Part shown: positions 12,201-26,000 of the stretch, in pieces
Position numbering within the stretch: position 1 is the first letter of the stretch
Layout: each line of letters starts with the position of its first letter
Source: Perna viridis
Taxonomy: Eukaryota
Assembly: GCA_037379345.1 (NCBI GenBank)
Contig: CM074520.1
Coordinates: forward strand, 8,928,001-8,992,000
Direction of reading: 5' to 3'
Length of the DNA: 64,000 bases
Notes under the pieces: model-generated
The model's input: the letters and a program-made list of their open reading frames with translations, nothing else
What the model was told of the DNA's origin: nothing
The model's database searches: none
Translations under genes and position numbers: made by a program

Positions 12201-14748
12201 ACCATATTTAGTTTTTACATCCTTAATAGTACTATATTAGAATACCTCGAAACCAATTTTCAGCCTTAGTTTACAAACATTTTAATTTCATTTTTACTCA
12301 TGAATTTCATATAATCCATATCATTTGAAGCCTAAACCTAATGCAGACATATTCCGTGCTTTAATACTTATATCTCTATTGACAAAAAAGTATTAATGGA
12401 AAACGATAGGACATTTGTTGTAATATTTATGTATAACTGTTTGATAAATACTGAATAATACATGTCAAAATTTGTATCACATGCGGTATCAACCCGAGAC
12501 AACTATATCACCCCAAGGACCATAGGTCGAAGGTTGATACCACTCGTGATACAGATTTTGATCTGTCATGTTCATTATACCATATTTTTTTAACTATACT
12601 TCAAGTATGGTCGGTGAAGGGGTGCGATATAGGTATGCGATATAGATCTAGGGGTGTGATATAGGGTATGCGATATTGGTCTAGAGGTGTGATTTAGGGT
12701 ATGTGATATAGGTCTAGGGGAGTGATATAGGCTATGCGATATAGGGTAAACGATATTGGGTTTCAACAACACACATGTATATTTTAATCTAAATGTATGA
12801 AAATACTTAGTTTCGTTCACACTGATTAATTTCATTTACAAAGAAATATTTCTTACTTTAGGAAATATCGATCATTTCTTTTTTCAACACATTCAAAATC
12901 AGAATGGTCAAAATCTGTGAGCGGTATTGTCAGTGGGTAGTTGATAAAGTGTGTCGTGTTGGCACCAAAAGTTCCTATAGAGGCACTGATGTAGGTGTCG
13001 GAATCTACAAATGGCATGGCACAAAGCGCAGCTGAAAAACAGAAACTCCAAGTGATATACTATATACTAATTTAAGGAATTTGATGTACTTACACGGAAG
13101 TCTTTTGAAATATTTTATTTTTAGGAGTAAGCATTATCAATATCTATTTTCCCTTGCATTACTCTTACTTCAGTTTAAAAATAAATGAAAGCACCTTAAA
13201 AGAAATATTACAAAAAAACCGGTGACGTAAGTATAAGTAGTATAAGTAATCAGTGACAAACATTATACACAACAATGGGTATATGTTGAATCCACACAAA
13301 TGTCTATATAAAGTTGTTGAGTATGTTTTATAATGTGTTTTTTCATATTGATCCTGTAGTAAGTCCAAAGCCCAAAGACAGTCCTTTCGGACCAAGGGTA
13401 GATGTATTGGGCCTTAGCCTTGCCTCAGTCCAATAGGACTTGTCGGAGGACATGATACACGACCAATAAGAAGACAAAAATCTTCTTTGACACATTTATT
13501 TACCATGCAGTTGTGTAAAATATAAAAAAAATATTACTGTGTTGACACATACTGTAAGGATTCGTGTATAAAATGCGCAAGTAAGACGGCGCTCTTGTCA
13601 CATTTAGCTGTGGAGCCAGCTACAGTTACAGTTAGATATAAATTGTAGCATAATTGAAAATAAAATTGCGCATATTTTATTGGTATATTTCTATTCCTAA
13701 ATTATAACAAAAATATTCTGTATTATTTTGTTGACTACCGGAAGTATAATATCCATATTGAGCCTGTTCGTATGAGGCCAGTTAATCCATATTCAGCCTT
13801 TTTTCATATGGTGTCTATTTTCTATGTATTAGGCCTGTATTTTCGTATCGGTTCAATTATCGATTTTTTTTAAAAATAATTCTGGACATATAAAAAGTAT
13901 TGAATGGACAACTGTAATCACATTTTACACAACTGGTTAAAGAGTAATCAACAGAACCAAGTTTCTAGCGGAAATCAAAAGAATGAAATCCAGGGACCAG
14001 ACATGGAAAATAGACAATAACAACAAAGAGCAATAAGTAACTAAAATAATACATACAAAATAACAAAAGTAAATGAGCAACTCGGACTCCACTAAAAACT
14101 GGGAGCATGGAACAAGTGCACCGGTAGGGTGCAATTCTAAAAACACCCACCGAGTTGCTCATAAAATGTCAAGTCCGGGAGAGAAAAAGGAAGGAAAACT
14201 ATGACACGTTGAACAAATCAGTTTTCATGGTACAGATGGATACACCGTAACGATCCACGAGTTCATGATGACGACCATAAAACTCGTGATGACTTCATCT
14301 TTTAGCAACATAAACCTGTTCCAGAAGCCTAATTGTAAGAGGTATAGCTCTGGCATAACGTATGAGTTGTGATATGAAAACTCCAAAGGCAGGCGCTAAA
14401 GTGATTTTGTCACAGTTGAAAGAAATTAATTCATATTATTGACGTTATAAACACTTTTCACAGTCTTACAATAACATCAAAAGTAAATATTTTGATTATT
14501 TCCTATTTGTTACATGTTGACAGTTAATATTAATTGATATATCGTAAAAAATACAATAAAAGTGTTTCTACTATGAAAATACCGGACAGCGAAAACATGG
14601 ATCAGAATTAAAAAGAAAACTTTTTTACATTTAACGAAATCTTTGACATTGCGTTTGAAAAATAGCAAATTAAAGACCAAAATTATTTCTGAATATAATT
14701 ACCTGCAGATGGTATCCAAATCGAAATAAAATAAAATAAAAACGTCAT
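9231..14748 (-). CDS. Cys-rich single-pass type I membrane protein, paralog B (9 exons, 467 aa; uncharacterised)
   Basis: Exons 14703-14748, 12857-13031, 12065-12168, 11686-11811, 11217-11411, 10872-10987, 10380-10500, 10079-10102 and 9231-9727 are all GT-AG and phase-consistent, total 1404 nt. Hydrophobic N-terminus MTFLFYFISIWIPSAA, Cys-rich ectodomain, TM WLYYTIGALFFIPLLIWIICMFMW, basic Cys-containing juxtamembrane region and a ~130-aa tail. Confidence 0.88.
12460..12745. repeat. Palindrome plus ~33-bp minisatellite (non-autonomous DNA element remnant) in an intron
   Basis: Inverted arms CAAAATTTGTATCAC..GGTATCAACC / GGTTGATACC..GTGATACAGATTTTG, followed by three to four GATATAGGTCTAGGGGTGTGATATAGGGTATGC-like units at ~12626-12745. 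Confidence 0.6.
13940..14425 (-). mobile_element. Naiad-type Penelope-like element, 3' fragment
   Basis: Matches 5234-5770 (RT C-terminus [12 protein letters not shown] plus 3' UTR) with deletions. Confidence 0.85.
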
Positions 14749-15940
14749 CCTTAAAAGAGGGGTAGCATTAACATGCACGGACAAAATTGAAATGGAAACA
14801 TAACACATAGTAAGAACAAGATCACTTTTCAACGTACTATACTGGATGCTGCACCTAAATTACTTTTATAACATGTTATTAATGTCATTAAATTGAAAGG
14901 GAGCGTTACTGTGTATATAATTGAAAAATACCTCCTTAAACAAGAATACTATTGTTCTTATATGGATGTTTAATTACAACGTGACGATTTTTGGCGATTT
15001 ATGGTTTTTTTCTTATTAAAAGTTTTTAATAATGTAAATCAGGTAGCAGGTACTTTTTTTTAAATACTTATAAATTCAGCTAATTTTGTATGTTCGGCAA
15101 AGACCACCTTTCAACCGTTTATAGATTCATGTTAAGGTATTTGTTCGTGTTGGTATACAATGCCCGTAAAATAAAAACTTACTAAAAACAGCTTATACGA
15201 AGGTGGCATCAACAATATAAATTCATAATTCTAATCTAGGCATATTGAAATATTTTTTTCCACAATTACTTATAGTAATCTATCTAAAGAAATAAAATAG
15301 GTATTACTACATTTTATACAGTTGTAACCTCTCATTACAAACGTTATTTTATAGGTATAATGACTCCCTTTACCAATTGTCCATGCTTACTTTCTTTCTA
15401 AAATGTTACATAACTTTAAGCCACCATCATGTACATATCGACCGATAAGGTGTTACTACTTATCTCTACTGTAGATAAAAATTGAGTCCATTTATCAACG
15501 TGTTTATAGTGTGTGCTTATTGAACACAATATTATTCAGTGTTTTTAAAGCTGGCGACTCTATACTCATGCAATGTCCCTGTGTCGCCAATCAGTTACTT
15601 TTAGTTTTATACGTTTTTAAGGTTTTAAGTTAGGATTTTTTTCATCGTCTGTGTTACTTCAGTATTGCTTTCGCGTTTATTTTGTTTTTCGTGACTAGGT
15701 TTTAATCTCGTATTCAAATTGATGTTAAAAATCTATGTTACAGTATACTATTTTAATATTTCACCGAGTGGGACGCAATAGAGTTTAACAACGCCCATTT
15801 ATGCTCAGATGGTTAAGTTGGTGTTTGAATAAAAAGCACGTTTTAAAGAGGTTTAATCACTTCTATTTTAACTTATCAAATCAGCAAACGGTTAAACGTT
15901 CCCTTCTCTTAATCGATTCAGTACAGCATATACTAAGACG

Positions 15941-18035
15941 ATGGCTGTAACAGTTACAATAGTGTTTATGTCAATGTTGTATGTTGGCTGTGTCTGTAAG
16001 TATGATTCTATTAATTTTGATTTCTTAATTTTTGTTATCTTATAAGCATGGCTTTTATCATTTTACGAACTTATTTCTTTATTTTGTCTTTCTTGTTTTC
16101 TGACATTGTCAGTTTATGCGTTTTCGAAAGTGTTTTTCCTTTTTTTTTTGTATCCTTTCAACAGTATATTTGCTCATCTTATAACTGAATTCGCATTTTG
16201 GAACAACTTTGATTATGCTGTCATAATATTCCTTGTGGTGTACAACAAAGATTTACTTTTTACGATAAAACAGAAAGGCAATACAGAAATCAACCATTGC
16301 GCGAGTAATTAATTATGCACAAAAATAAACATATTACGAAATTTCCTTCTCTGTTTTGCTCCTTGAAAGAAACGGCAAAGTATTTAATTACAAAAATTCA
16401 TATTTTTATAAATGATTTTATTCGTATCCATTGACTTCTAGATGCAACCTGTATATTCCCAGAGTCCCTTCAAGGAGTTTGGAGTGGCGGTACAGACGGA
16501 CAAACATCCTTCCAGTTTAATGGTGATACTTTGAGAAACTTTAGATTAAATGTACCGACTATGAAATCTAGTGATTTTATATGCTACCAGAACCAGAACG
16601 ACGGAGATAAACAAACCTACATACTGAAGTAAGTACCTATATATAGAAGTAGGGTAGTCCACCGATTATCGCCTGGTATTGTTTCTAATTATTGTAATTA
16701 TTGAAGCCCCTGTATGAGATGTAATAGAATAGAAACCTGCTAACAAAAAATATATAAACAAATGTATTGAAAGTTTTTTTTAACAAAACATCCCCAAGAA
16801 GAGGTAGGTAATAGTATACGAAATTCTTCCAAATCAAGATTTACAAAAGAAACTTATCAGAAATAAATGAGGCAAAAATATGATAATAATAATATTTTTA
16901 AAAGTAAAATAAACTAAAAACAACAGAACACAAACACACACATTAGGAACATAACACGAGCGCATAATTAAAAAAAACAAACCAAATTAACTAGTTACTC
17001 AGTAAAGAGATTACGTTCTCTTTTTACATATATCCTTAAAAAATACATTTTACAGAATTTGTATTTGAAACATTGCAGGGCAAAAGATACAATAGAGATG
17101 TTCAATTCTGTGTTTAATCTGTACTTCTGTCTGACAGTGCAAGACGAAACCTACGCTATTGACACAGGTAACGTACCTATTCATACACACATTGTTTAAA
17201 GGTGGGCTGTGGGTACGTTGATCATTTTTGATCACATTTGGTGCATCATTTATGGAATAAAGAATAATTTATACAAGTATTTCGTTATATAGGTTTGCTT
17301 GCAATATATTAATGAATAAATGTAAAGCATAAGTTGTATATTGGTTTGATATTGTAGGATTCAACACTTACCTGAATGATAAAATAACTGCAGTTCCACT
17401 GGGAACAGAACCCAACTTAAATGACATATGTAACCGGGAAGGGGACATAAGTGGCATGCAGAAAGTTTCACCAAGAGGATTTGCAGGGAGGGCTCAGTCA
17501 AGAGACACTAATATTGAACGGTACTTTTTTACACCTAAAGCAATGTTTGGAAAATTAGAAACTACCCTATCTGTTTGTTCTTCTATCGACATATAAAGGG
17601 GATGATATTATGTAACTGTTCAATAATGTGTTATGGATTTGATAAGAATGTTGTAAAGCGTATGTAGATGTACATAAAAGAAAGAATTGGTCAGTGAATG
17701 CTTGCAAAGGAAGACAATTCTACTTAATAATAATTTTGAATTTTGAGCTTTTGAACACAACTTTCCACTAACCATATCCTGTTAGCATATCTCCCTCCTA
17801 GAGCTTTGAGGGATTTCTGTTAAGCAAAGAAAGATTTGACGGTATTAATATGCGTACATTGAGAAAATAAAAATCGAAAGGCAGCTCTCCAGAAGCGCGT
17901 TTAATGATATTTCATGAAACTTTGTAAAATGTAATAATAATATATTTTTTTAAATAATTAAACAAACCTTTTCTCATTTTTTTCTCCAGAATAGTAGAGG
18001 AAATAAAGACACTAGCCGAAAGGAACAAGAACTAA
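15941..18035 (+). CDS. Short secreted Cys-containing protein, paralog C (5 exons, 179 aa; no TM)
   Basis: Exons 15941-15995, 16442-16628, 17079-17167, 17358-17520 and 17990-18035 are GT-AG and phase-consistent, total 540 nt. Signal peptide MAVTVTIVFMSMLYVGCVYA, then TCIFPESLQGVWSG...DFICYQ...TYILK, ...YFCLTV..., ...DICNR..., ending IVEEIKTLAERNKN*. The last junction is the least certain; read-through of exon 4 would stop at 17596, also without a TM. Confidence 0.8.
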
Positions 18036-18121
18036 ACCGATGATTCTTATCTTTGCAATAGATGTTTTAGTGGAGATTTCATTTGTATATTAAAGTTTTT
18101 TGTACAACTAGACACCTGATA

Positions 18122-18151
18122 AATAAATTCAACTTTTTTATTTCTTTTATT
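18122..18151. terminator. Opposed polyadenylation signals of two convergent genes
   Basis: AATAAA on + at 18122-18127. AATAAA on - at 18137-18142 and 18146-18151. These lie between the stops at 18035 (+) and 18303 (-). Confidence 0.55.
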
Positions 18152-18302
18152 TTTATATTTAGCAACTACAGAAATTGTTTTCAAATACATTGATATTGTT
18201 CGTAACACTAAACCCTTAATAGTAGTAAAATATGATTCTTTCGATTATTCTTTTGATAAAGACCTATGTATAAGGAAACGAGCAAGCCATTTTCATTACA
18301 TT

Positions 18303-20493
18303 CTATTGTCGAAAGACAAGGATTCGTTTCCCACAATCACTAGATATAACTAGCTTTCTTAACTTTCTACTGTAATGAATTGCATACGGGAGATGGAGAG
18401 ATTCGAAGGCAGGTTCATCAATGAGATACTTGCTTCCATCAGGGGAGACCTCTAAAACATGCGGCGCTGATCCGTAGTTGATAATAAGGATTCTACTCTC
18501 CGATAACGAAGTTATACCTTTGAAAATTGAACCCGGGAACTTGAATTTATAAACAGTTTCCCCCATATGATCAAAACAAACAATTGAACTGTCATCATCA
18601 TTGGTGAAGAAGATTTTGTTTCCGCATACATGCACGTAATTTCTGTAGCTGACAGGAGTTATGACAGTGTTGATAATTTGACCTCTATGATCAATAACAA
18701 GTAATCCCTCCGTCTTACACGCAACCACAAAATACTTGTTCATTTTGGTAATACCAAAGCACCCGTAGGTAAGTTCAACAATTTTGCGCTTCTCTTTGTC
18801 TTTCAAGTAGACTACTTGAAAGTATTTTTTAAACGGAAGTGTCACAAAAGCCCTATTTGGGTCAACCATTGCAAAATCAAACGGCTCATCTTTCAGATGG
18901 TATGTATCTAAAACACTGCCGTCTTCGGCACAGTTAAGTAAACGTTTGTTTTTGCTATCTGCCAACAAAAGGTTCCCGTCATCAAGGATTGTGACACCAG
19001 TAATCATTACTTTATCTTTCTCGTCTGCTGGTATAGCAAAATCGGACGACAAGTAGAAACTTGGAACTATTGCTTTACGCTCAAAGCTGAAAGTGTTTTC
19101 CAGACGGTTCTTATCAACATACTTGGGCAGAATAGGAGTAAGTGTCCGGTTTCGTTTGCTGTTGTTGGGCGACTCAGTGTCTCTAACAGTGAGAATATCC
19201 ATATCGACATGGACCGGGCTGCACAAATGCGGATCAAAACCGAGCTGGTGTGCTGAATATGGAATTTGTGTCCGATCAGTGTTTTTAGGAACATCAATTT
19301 CTACTTCAGTTTCCATAAGGCGGACTCCGCCTATCTTTTCTGCATTCAAAAGTTTCTGAAAGCTACTTTGAATCGACAGATCAACTTTCATTTGCTTTAC
19401 GCTTTCAGGTAAACTAAGCAAATACCGCTCATGTCGCGTCTGCACGTGAGCACAGTCCTGGATAAAATTAACGGTTTCGGCATTCGATCCCACTAATTGA
19501 AGCTCTTCAATCATTTCAAGATGTGCAGTAATAGCCTTTCGTTTTTCTTTTAAATCATCCATCTGAACTTGAAGTCTTGACTTATAGTCACTTACATCGC
19601 TGTCTATGTCTTCTAGAAGTTTTCTTACGAGACTGTCTATTGCTTTTCGCATATTTTCTTTGAAGTCGTGAACCTGATCTTTCATTTTGTCCTTTTGAAG
19701 GTCTAAGGCCTTAATATTTTTATTTCTATCCTTCAGAATCTTACCAAATGCAACACTGGATTCTTTTAGCCTCTGCTTCAAATCATTGATCGCAAAGGAA
19801 TTACGTGCACCAACACCATCGGCGTTGATGTCCAAAGTCTTGCAATTGAAATGCGAAACGTCTTTTCTACAAAGATCACAAATTGTGTGATTGTGAAACC
19901 GGCAGTACATTGATATTACTTTTGACGGATGTGTCCGACAGAATATAATCGGTCTCTCCTTTCTCAGGGCAAAGATGTGGTAATCCTCAACGGACACGAA
20001 GCTATGATTGGACGAGAATTTCAGTTTTTGGTGACGTTTCTTGCACGGAGAACAAAGAAACTTGTCACATTTATCACACCAACCAACAGCAATTTTGTTC
20101 TTTCCTTGTCCAGCACAGTTGTTGCATGGAAAAGTCGTAGCCATTCTTGTTGCTGAAAGAATAAATGTGTTCAACATCAAATTTATAGTGAACCCCTGCT
20201 ATATTTGACTTTAATTGTTATTCATTGATATGTTTAATTTAATGCGTAATATGTGGTTACTTAAGAAAAAAAAATTTGCTTCAAGGCATGAGCCCCAATT
20301 AAGTTGAATGTCTGTGATGAATGCCAAAAGGCTTATTTGCCCTGAATAACCACACCCCCTTGAGATATTCGAAACGCCCTATATCCTTTTGTTTTAACAT
20401 TAACCCCATCCCGACCCCCTACCCACCTAAAAAAAGATTGACTGATAGATAAGTGAATATTGACAACTTACCCGACATCGTTTTACCAGCCAT
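18303..20493 (-). CDS. RING-less TRIM-like protein: two B-boxes, coiled coil, NHL-like beta-propeller (623 aa)
   Basis: Exon 20472-20493 (MAGKTMS, gtaagt, phase 1) splices in frame to exon 18303-20152 (acceptor tttcag). B-box1 CNNC..WCDKCDKFLCSPCKKRH..H, B-box2 CRTH..YCRFH..ICDLC..H, heptad-rich middle, and ITGVTILDDGNLLLADSKNKRL-type propeller repeats. Confidence 0.9.
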
Positions 20494-23004
20494 CTTGTTA
20501 CAATTTTACACACAAAGTTACAAAACTGAACAATGTTTAAAAATATGTAGACGGTGTCAACTTGGTACGAAACAAACAAATCACTGTTCCGTAGCAGCCA
20601 TTGTTTTCAATTAAGATATGTATTATTGGTTTGTATATCAAATTCTTTATTGTTCCACATTTTAACATGGACACTCGATAAGTGATCAATGCATGGGCAG
20701 ATAGACTATTTACTGTTGTTTTGTTTTGTCCCTTAATGGCTTAGTATGTTTTCATTGTGATACTTTATAATCTGAAAAACGTGATAGGATCTAGAACAAA
20801 TTGTCCCTAAAATTTCTTGTAATCCACACCCGTACGGTCCATTGATAAATGTTAACTATTTGTTTGTGAAAGAGTGCAAAAGATTTATTGAGATTTACAA
20901 AATACAGATATTTGATTAACCTAAAATAAGGAAGACAATAATAATGTGTGAAATCTGTCTTAAAGAACAGACATAATCGTACAATCAGTTAAAAAGGAAA
21001 TGTGATATGATTAAAGCCCTGTATAACCTCGAAAAAATATTTCATTTATTTATCGCATAAATTTTGGGAGAAAACACAACGATTTAACGGAAAAAGTTAT
21101 ATTGTTTACATGTACCGATTTAATTTGTCTTCAGAGAAAGCATATATCCGTGAATAACACAGAGGTTTAGCGCATTTAGATCGATTCTAAAGTAAACTAC
21201 TTTCGCAGTATTTGAATGGCGATAGTTCGTCATATCATATTCTTATTCTAAGTAGTACTCCAGCTAAGAATCATGCAAGTGCAAATTGCGATTCGTGGTG
21301 GGAAAGCCTACATATTTTTATTATTGATATTAATTGACATGTGGCTTTCCATATAACCTCTGTTTATAGGAAATATGAATTATAAGTAATGAACTATATA
21401 ATTCAAAATTAAGAGAGATAACTATGCAAATAACACTTAAATGCAACAGAAAATATTAGATTTTCGATGTGATCTCATAAGAACAAAAAAGATTGGGATG
21501 AACAATTACACATTTCATCATTTAGACCCATAAATCAACTTGATAACAAAACTAAAAAATGTAGCCTTTTTGGGGGTGTATCACGTTTCAGAATTTACAT
21601 GATTCTTAAAACGACTACTTCTTAATATATCCGCAGCAGTTTATTTATCGCATAACAGGTCACACCATCCTGTCCCGAAAAACAACACATTTTCTCCGGT
21701 TTAGAGTAAATGAATTGTTTTTTTTTTAAGAATCCCGATATGCTTTAAGAAATAGTTTAAATTTTGTTTCACATAGAATATTAGGTTTCTAAAAGCCGAC
21801 GATTGACTAAATACTTCTCCTGCGTTTTCCCCTTGTGTAATATTTACTATACTTTGACAGTGTTCAATGTTCGTTGTATTTTTTAGTTCTTACTTTGCTA
21901 CTTTACACCGAATTTTAGATATTGCTTTAACCTATATCGTCCTAAACCTTTCTCAAAACTTACCTCTGATTCCTCTAGTCATAATATCATGTTGTGAAAT
22001 GATATTAGGATACCAATGTTTACAACACGTTAAGAAACGTAAATAAACTTTCAACAGCTGACCGTAGTAATCAAAGTTGGTCGTTGTCGTAATTCACAGT
22101 ATACAATAGAAATGAGGTTATCAGTAAAACACTTCGATAGTACATTCAGTGTTGGTTTACAACTGAATTTATTTACAACTTCATTGTAACCTTTAATGAA
22201 TGACGAATTCGGTTATCGTTTGTGTTCTTATTCGCACAATCTCTTCACTTAAACAGAACGTAATCATAAACATGTACAGATTTTTAACGAAAAATATCAT
22301 TCTTTAATAGTAAATAATCACTAAGACACGTTGCACGTCGAAATCATAAACCAAAACGATCACAACTCTATACAATGAAAAAAATCAGAATGAAAAATGT
22401 GATACAAGTACGATTTTTTTAAAAATAAATTGATTTATTAAAAAAAAAACCACTCGTGTTAAATTCGTTAAATCTTTATTAAGAAGAAGACATCTAGTAT
22501 CAAGGTAAAAATATATGACAATTCTAGATTCAAGAAAACATAACAGAAAACATTCAATAAAGTAAAATTTGAAATGTAAAAAATTCACAACAAAACGTAT
22601 GATAAAATGGGAAATAGATAAAATATTTGAATAACATATAATAAATCAGATGTTCAAGTAAAAGGTCGTCCTGTTGGTCCAACAAACTATTACATAATGA
22701 TACAATGTAATATTAACCTGCGTCAAATTATTTGTTCCAAATGAGCGAGAACAATAACAACACAAATAAGACAAAACAATACTGTGAACAGTACGCTATA
22801 CATTGCTGTCGACCTTTTCGACCTCATTATTTTATTTCTTCTAGTGTACCCACTGAGGGGTCTCGCAATGCACAAAACACCCAGCAAAACATGGTTTATC
22901 CAACCAATGAGCTACACTCCTCAACTATACAAAGTACATTGTTGCTAACCAATGCCAATCATGCTCAGTCCCTAGATATCCAAATTATGAACAATTCAGT
23001 AGGC

Positions 23005-26000
23005 TTAGCTGATTCGCTCAAATGAGACATCGACTGAAAAGTCATCCTTGTATATTTTATGTACTTTCTTTTTATGTGGGTTATCCAATTCGTCCCTCGG
23101 AAGCAGTAACCTGTAGAAAAAAATTGTGGTGTATATATATTTCATCTATGGGGCAGACAAATGTAGTTACGGAATCGAGTACTCATAGTACTTGTGTTCA
23201 ACGTCTATCATAAAACTGATGTCACAGGGGTAATATTTGTATGAATCAAGACTTCACTCAGTGTATAATTTAGTCTATTTTAGGTATATGAAAGAATACT
23301 TTTATAATTATTTTTTATGGACTTAACCTTCGAGCATGGGAGGCTAATCCTTTCTTGGCACCTGAGTTTACAAATTTGTTATATGTGGTGTTCCTGTCTT
23401 AACTGTGTACATAGAGATATAAAAAATCTTATACTTCTTTGTTATTTCATTCAATAAAGGTATACAGAAAATGTATCAGTTAACACACTGAAAGAACACA
23501 GTAAAAAGCTAAATAAATCAGTTCAATTTCTGCTGCACAATAACAATTATTCAAGGGTCATTACAGTAACTTCTTATAGCAAATTTCTAAAAATATCTAG
23601 TAAGACAGTATCGGACATTAAGAAATAAGATACTATTTGTTACGCACTGCAAATGCATATAAAAGCTATTCTTAAGTGTTATACATGACAATCATACAAG
23701 GAGAAGGATATTAGGTGCAATATTACTTATTCAAGTGACTCGAGTTGAGGGGCGTTTCCTGTCGAAATTCTATATCTAGGAAAAAGTACTGAGCGAACAA
23801 TTATGGTTTTCATGAGTTCCAAATCGTAAAATAGGTCAACTTAAGAAAAATCACGTATGCATAAATAATAACGCTTTTTGTTTAAAACAGACATGGCATG
23901 TTAATATTTAATCAAGTCAACAATTAAATTATAAACTGATATTACATACATACCTGTTGTTCTCAATAAACGATGTATGAAACCAGAAGAAAAATGCACA
24001 GTCATCGTAAACTTTAGGGACTTTCATCTGGAAAAACAGGGATCATTTATACTAGATTGATTGAAAACCCATCAATGTGGACTTTATTAGGAAACACTCT
24101 TCGATTAAAATGTAACAGATCTTGTTAAGAAAGTAGAAAATGACGGTGGATCGAGAATATCCATTGATTGATTACTGACCGATATTTCATGCATTTCAAA
24201 CGCATAGTCTGCTTGCACATATGTGACACTCACTGTCATATTATCAACTTGCTTCCAAATGATTGCAACAACTAATATATACATACACGTGAAACTCGTG
24301 TTAATCGAATCTTCAGAATTTCATATGAAAATCATGTCAGTGAATTTTGATTTATTTGTAATCCTCATTCTTGAAAGGAGATTCACGTGAACTTTATGTG
24401 AAAATTACTCTTTGCATGTCATCTAAAAACACGTAACTTTTTATGTGAATTTACCAGTCCTAACTGAATTCCACCAAGTCATGCACTTTGAATATTGACA
24501 GCGTGTTCGACAAATGTGGCAATATTTTCACTACCTATTTCCCTCTAACTACAGACAAACCTGTGTATCTAGAAAATTTGAAGGCATAGCATCTCCGAGA
24601 TACGAAAAAGTTACATCAAGTTTATGTAAAATTAAATCAAAAACTGATCTGACTTGCAGGGTTATTATTTTTTTTGCAGATTGCAAAAATAAACAAACAC
24701 CTGAGATTCAATTGATATGGTCCACTCATTTATACAGTTGAAATCACCTACTGTGTGTAAGTGGGTATTGTCGTTCTTTTGACCAGCATGTCAACGTGAA
24801 TAGCGTTTACCTTTAATACCTAGGGAACATCTCAAAACATTATCCAGACTAGGTTCATTTTCGACCTCTCTGTAGAATTGATAAAATTAAAATTGCAAAA
24901 GTCAGGCCAGTTTTTGATATAATTTACATAAAATTTATGCAACTTTCTAATTTCTAGTGGACGCTATGCCTTAAAATTCATCTAGATGCATTTTTTTTTC
25001 TGTAGTCAGAGGGAAATTAGTAGTAAAATTGAGACCTATTTGACGAAAGGTAATGATGAACCTTAAGTTAGATTTCATTGGGAATGTCAACCAAACTTCA
25101 CATACTCACACAAGCGTGTTACATCTCGACTGTTAATTTAGGCGGCTGATATCTTTTGAGATAATTGTCTTGCAACAAAATATTGCATTATTTTCAACAT
25201 ACGTTAATATACTTTTGAAGATCCTCAGGACCTGGGACTATGTCATCAAAATAATACGTTTTTTCATTTAGACATATCTTAGGGCAAAATAGCTGATTAT
25301 ATTGTGTCCAGATTGATTAAAAGCTTTATGTCATTGTAACTCAACTACACTAAAAAAGACATACAAACCAGTTTTACTTTATTGTATGTCAAAGTTAGTA
25401 TCTGTCGATCTATTTCTATTATGTTATAAATATCAATAAGCATAATTCTACTAATCTGCATTCTGGTGATAGCATATATTCATTAGCATAGTATTACATT
25501 TGAATATGCTTTGTGTCTGCCTTGACGAAAATTGTATAATAATAGAATCATCAAGCGGTAAAATCCCACTACTAGTCCTGTTCCTGTTCTTAGACAGAAA
25601 CTTGTTTACTTGGGGAAATGTCACATTTGTCTGTATTTTCATCTTTTATTGAGGTTATTATCAGGTGGTTGGTGGTTTTTAAAGTGTTTTTTTTTTTAAT
25701 TCTTGCATTATAACAAGAGCACTAGATACTTACAGATTTTGATGTAAACCGCACTTTGATATCACCAACGAGATCAGGACAGTTAAGAATCTTCACATCT
25801 ATTAGATTTTTTAAATTGTCGTGTCTTATCTGAAATATATTTTTATATTCAAAATGTAAACAGAAATGTCACACGAGTAGCGGCAGCAGTGGTATATAAC
25901 AGTACGTATCTTATTTGTTTTGTTTTACGGAAACTCAATCTGATCTAGACTAAAAACTTCATCATATGAAAAGAAACGTAATGTATTACGTCATGTTGGC

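Noticed and set aside
12590-12835. 81-aa His/Pro-repeat ORF
   Set aside because: Translation of an intronic 33-bp minisatellite.
20153-20180. ORF-track N-terminus of the TRIM-like protein
   Set aside because: This is the intron polypyrimidine tract and acceptor; the in-frame ATG exon is at 20472-20493.
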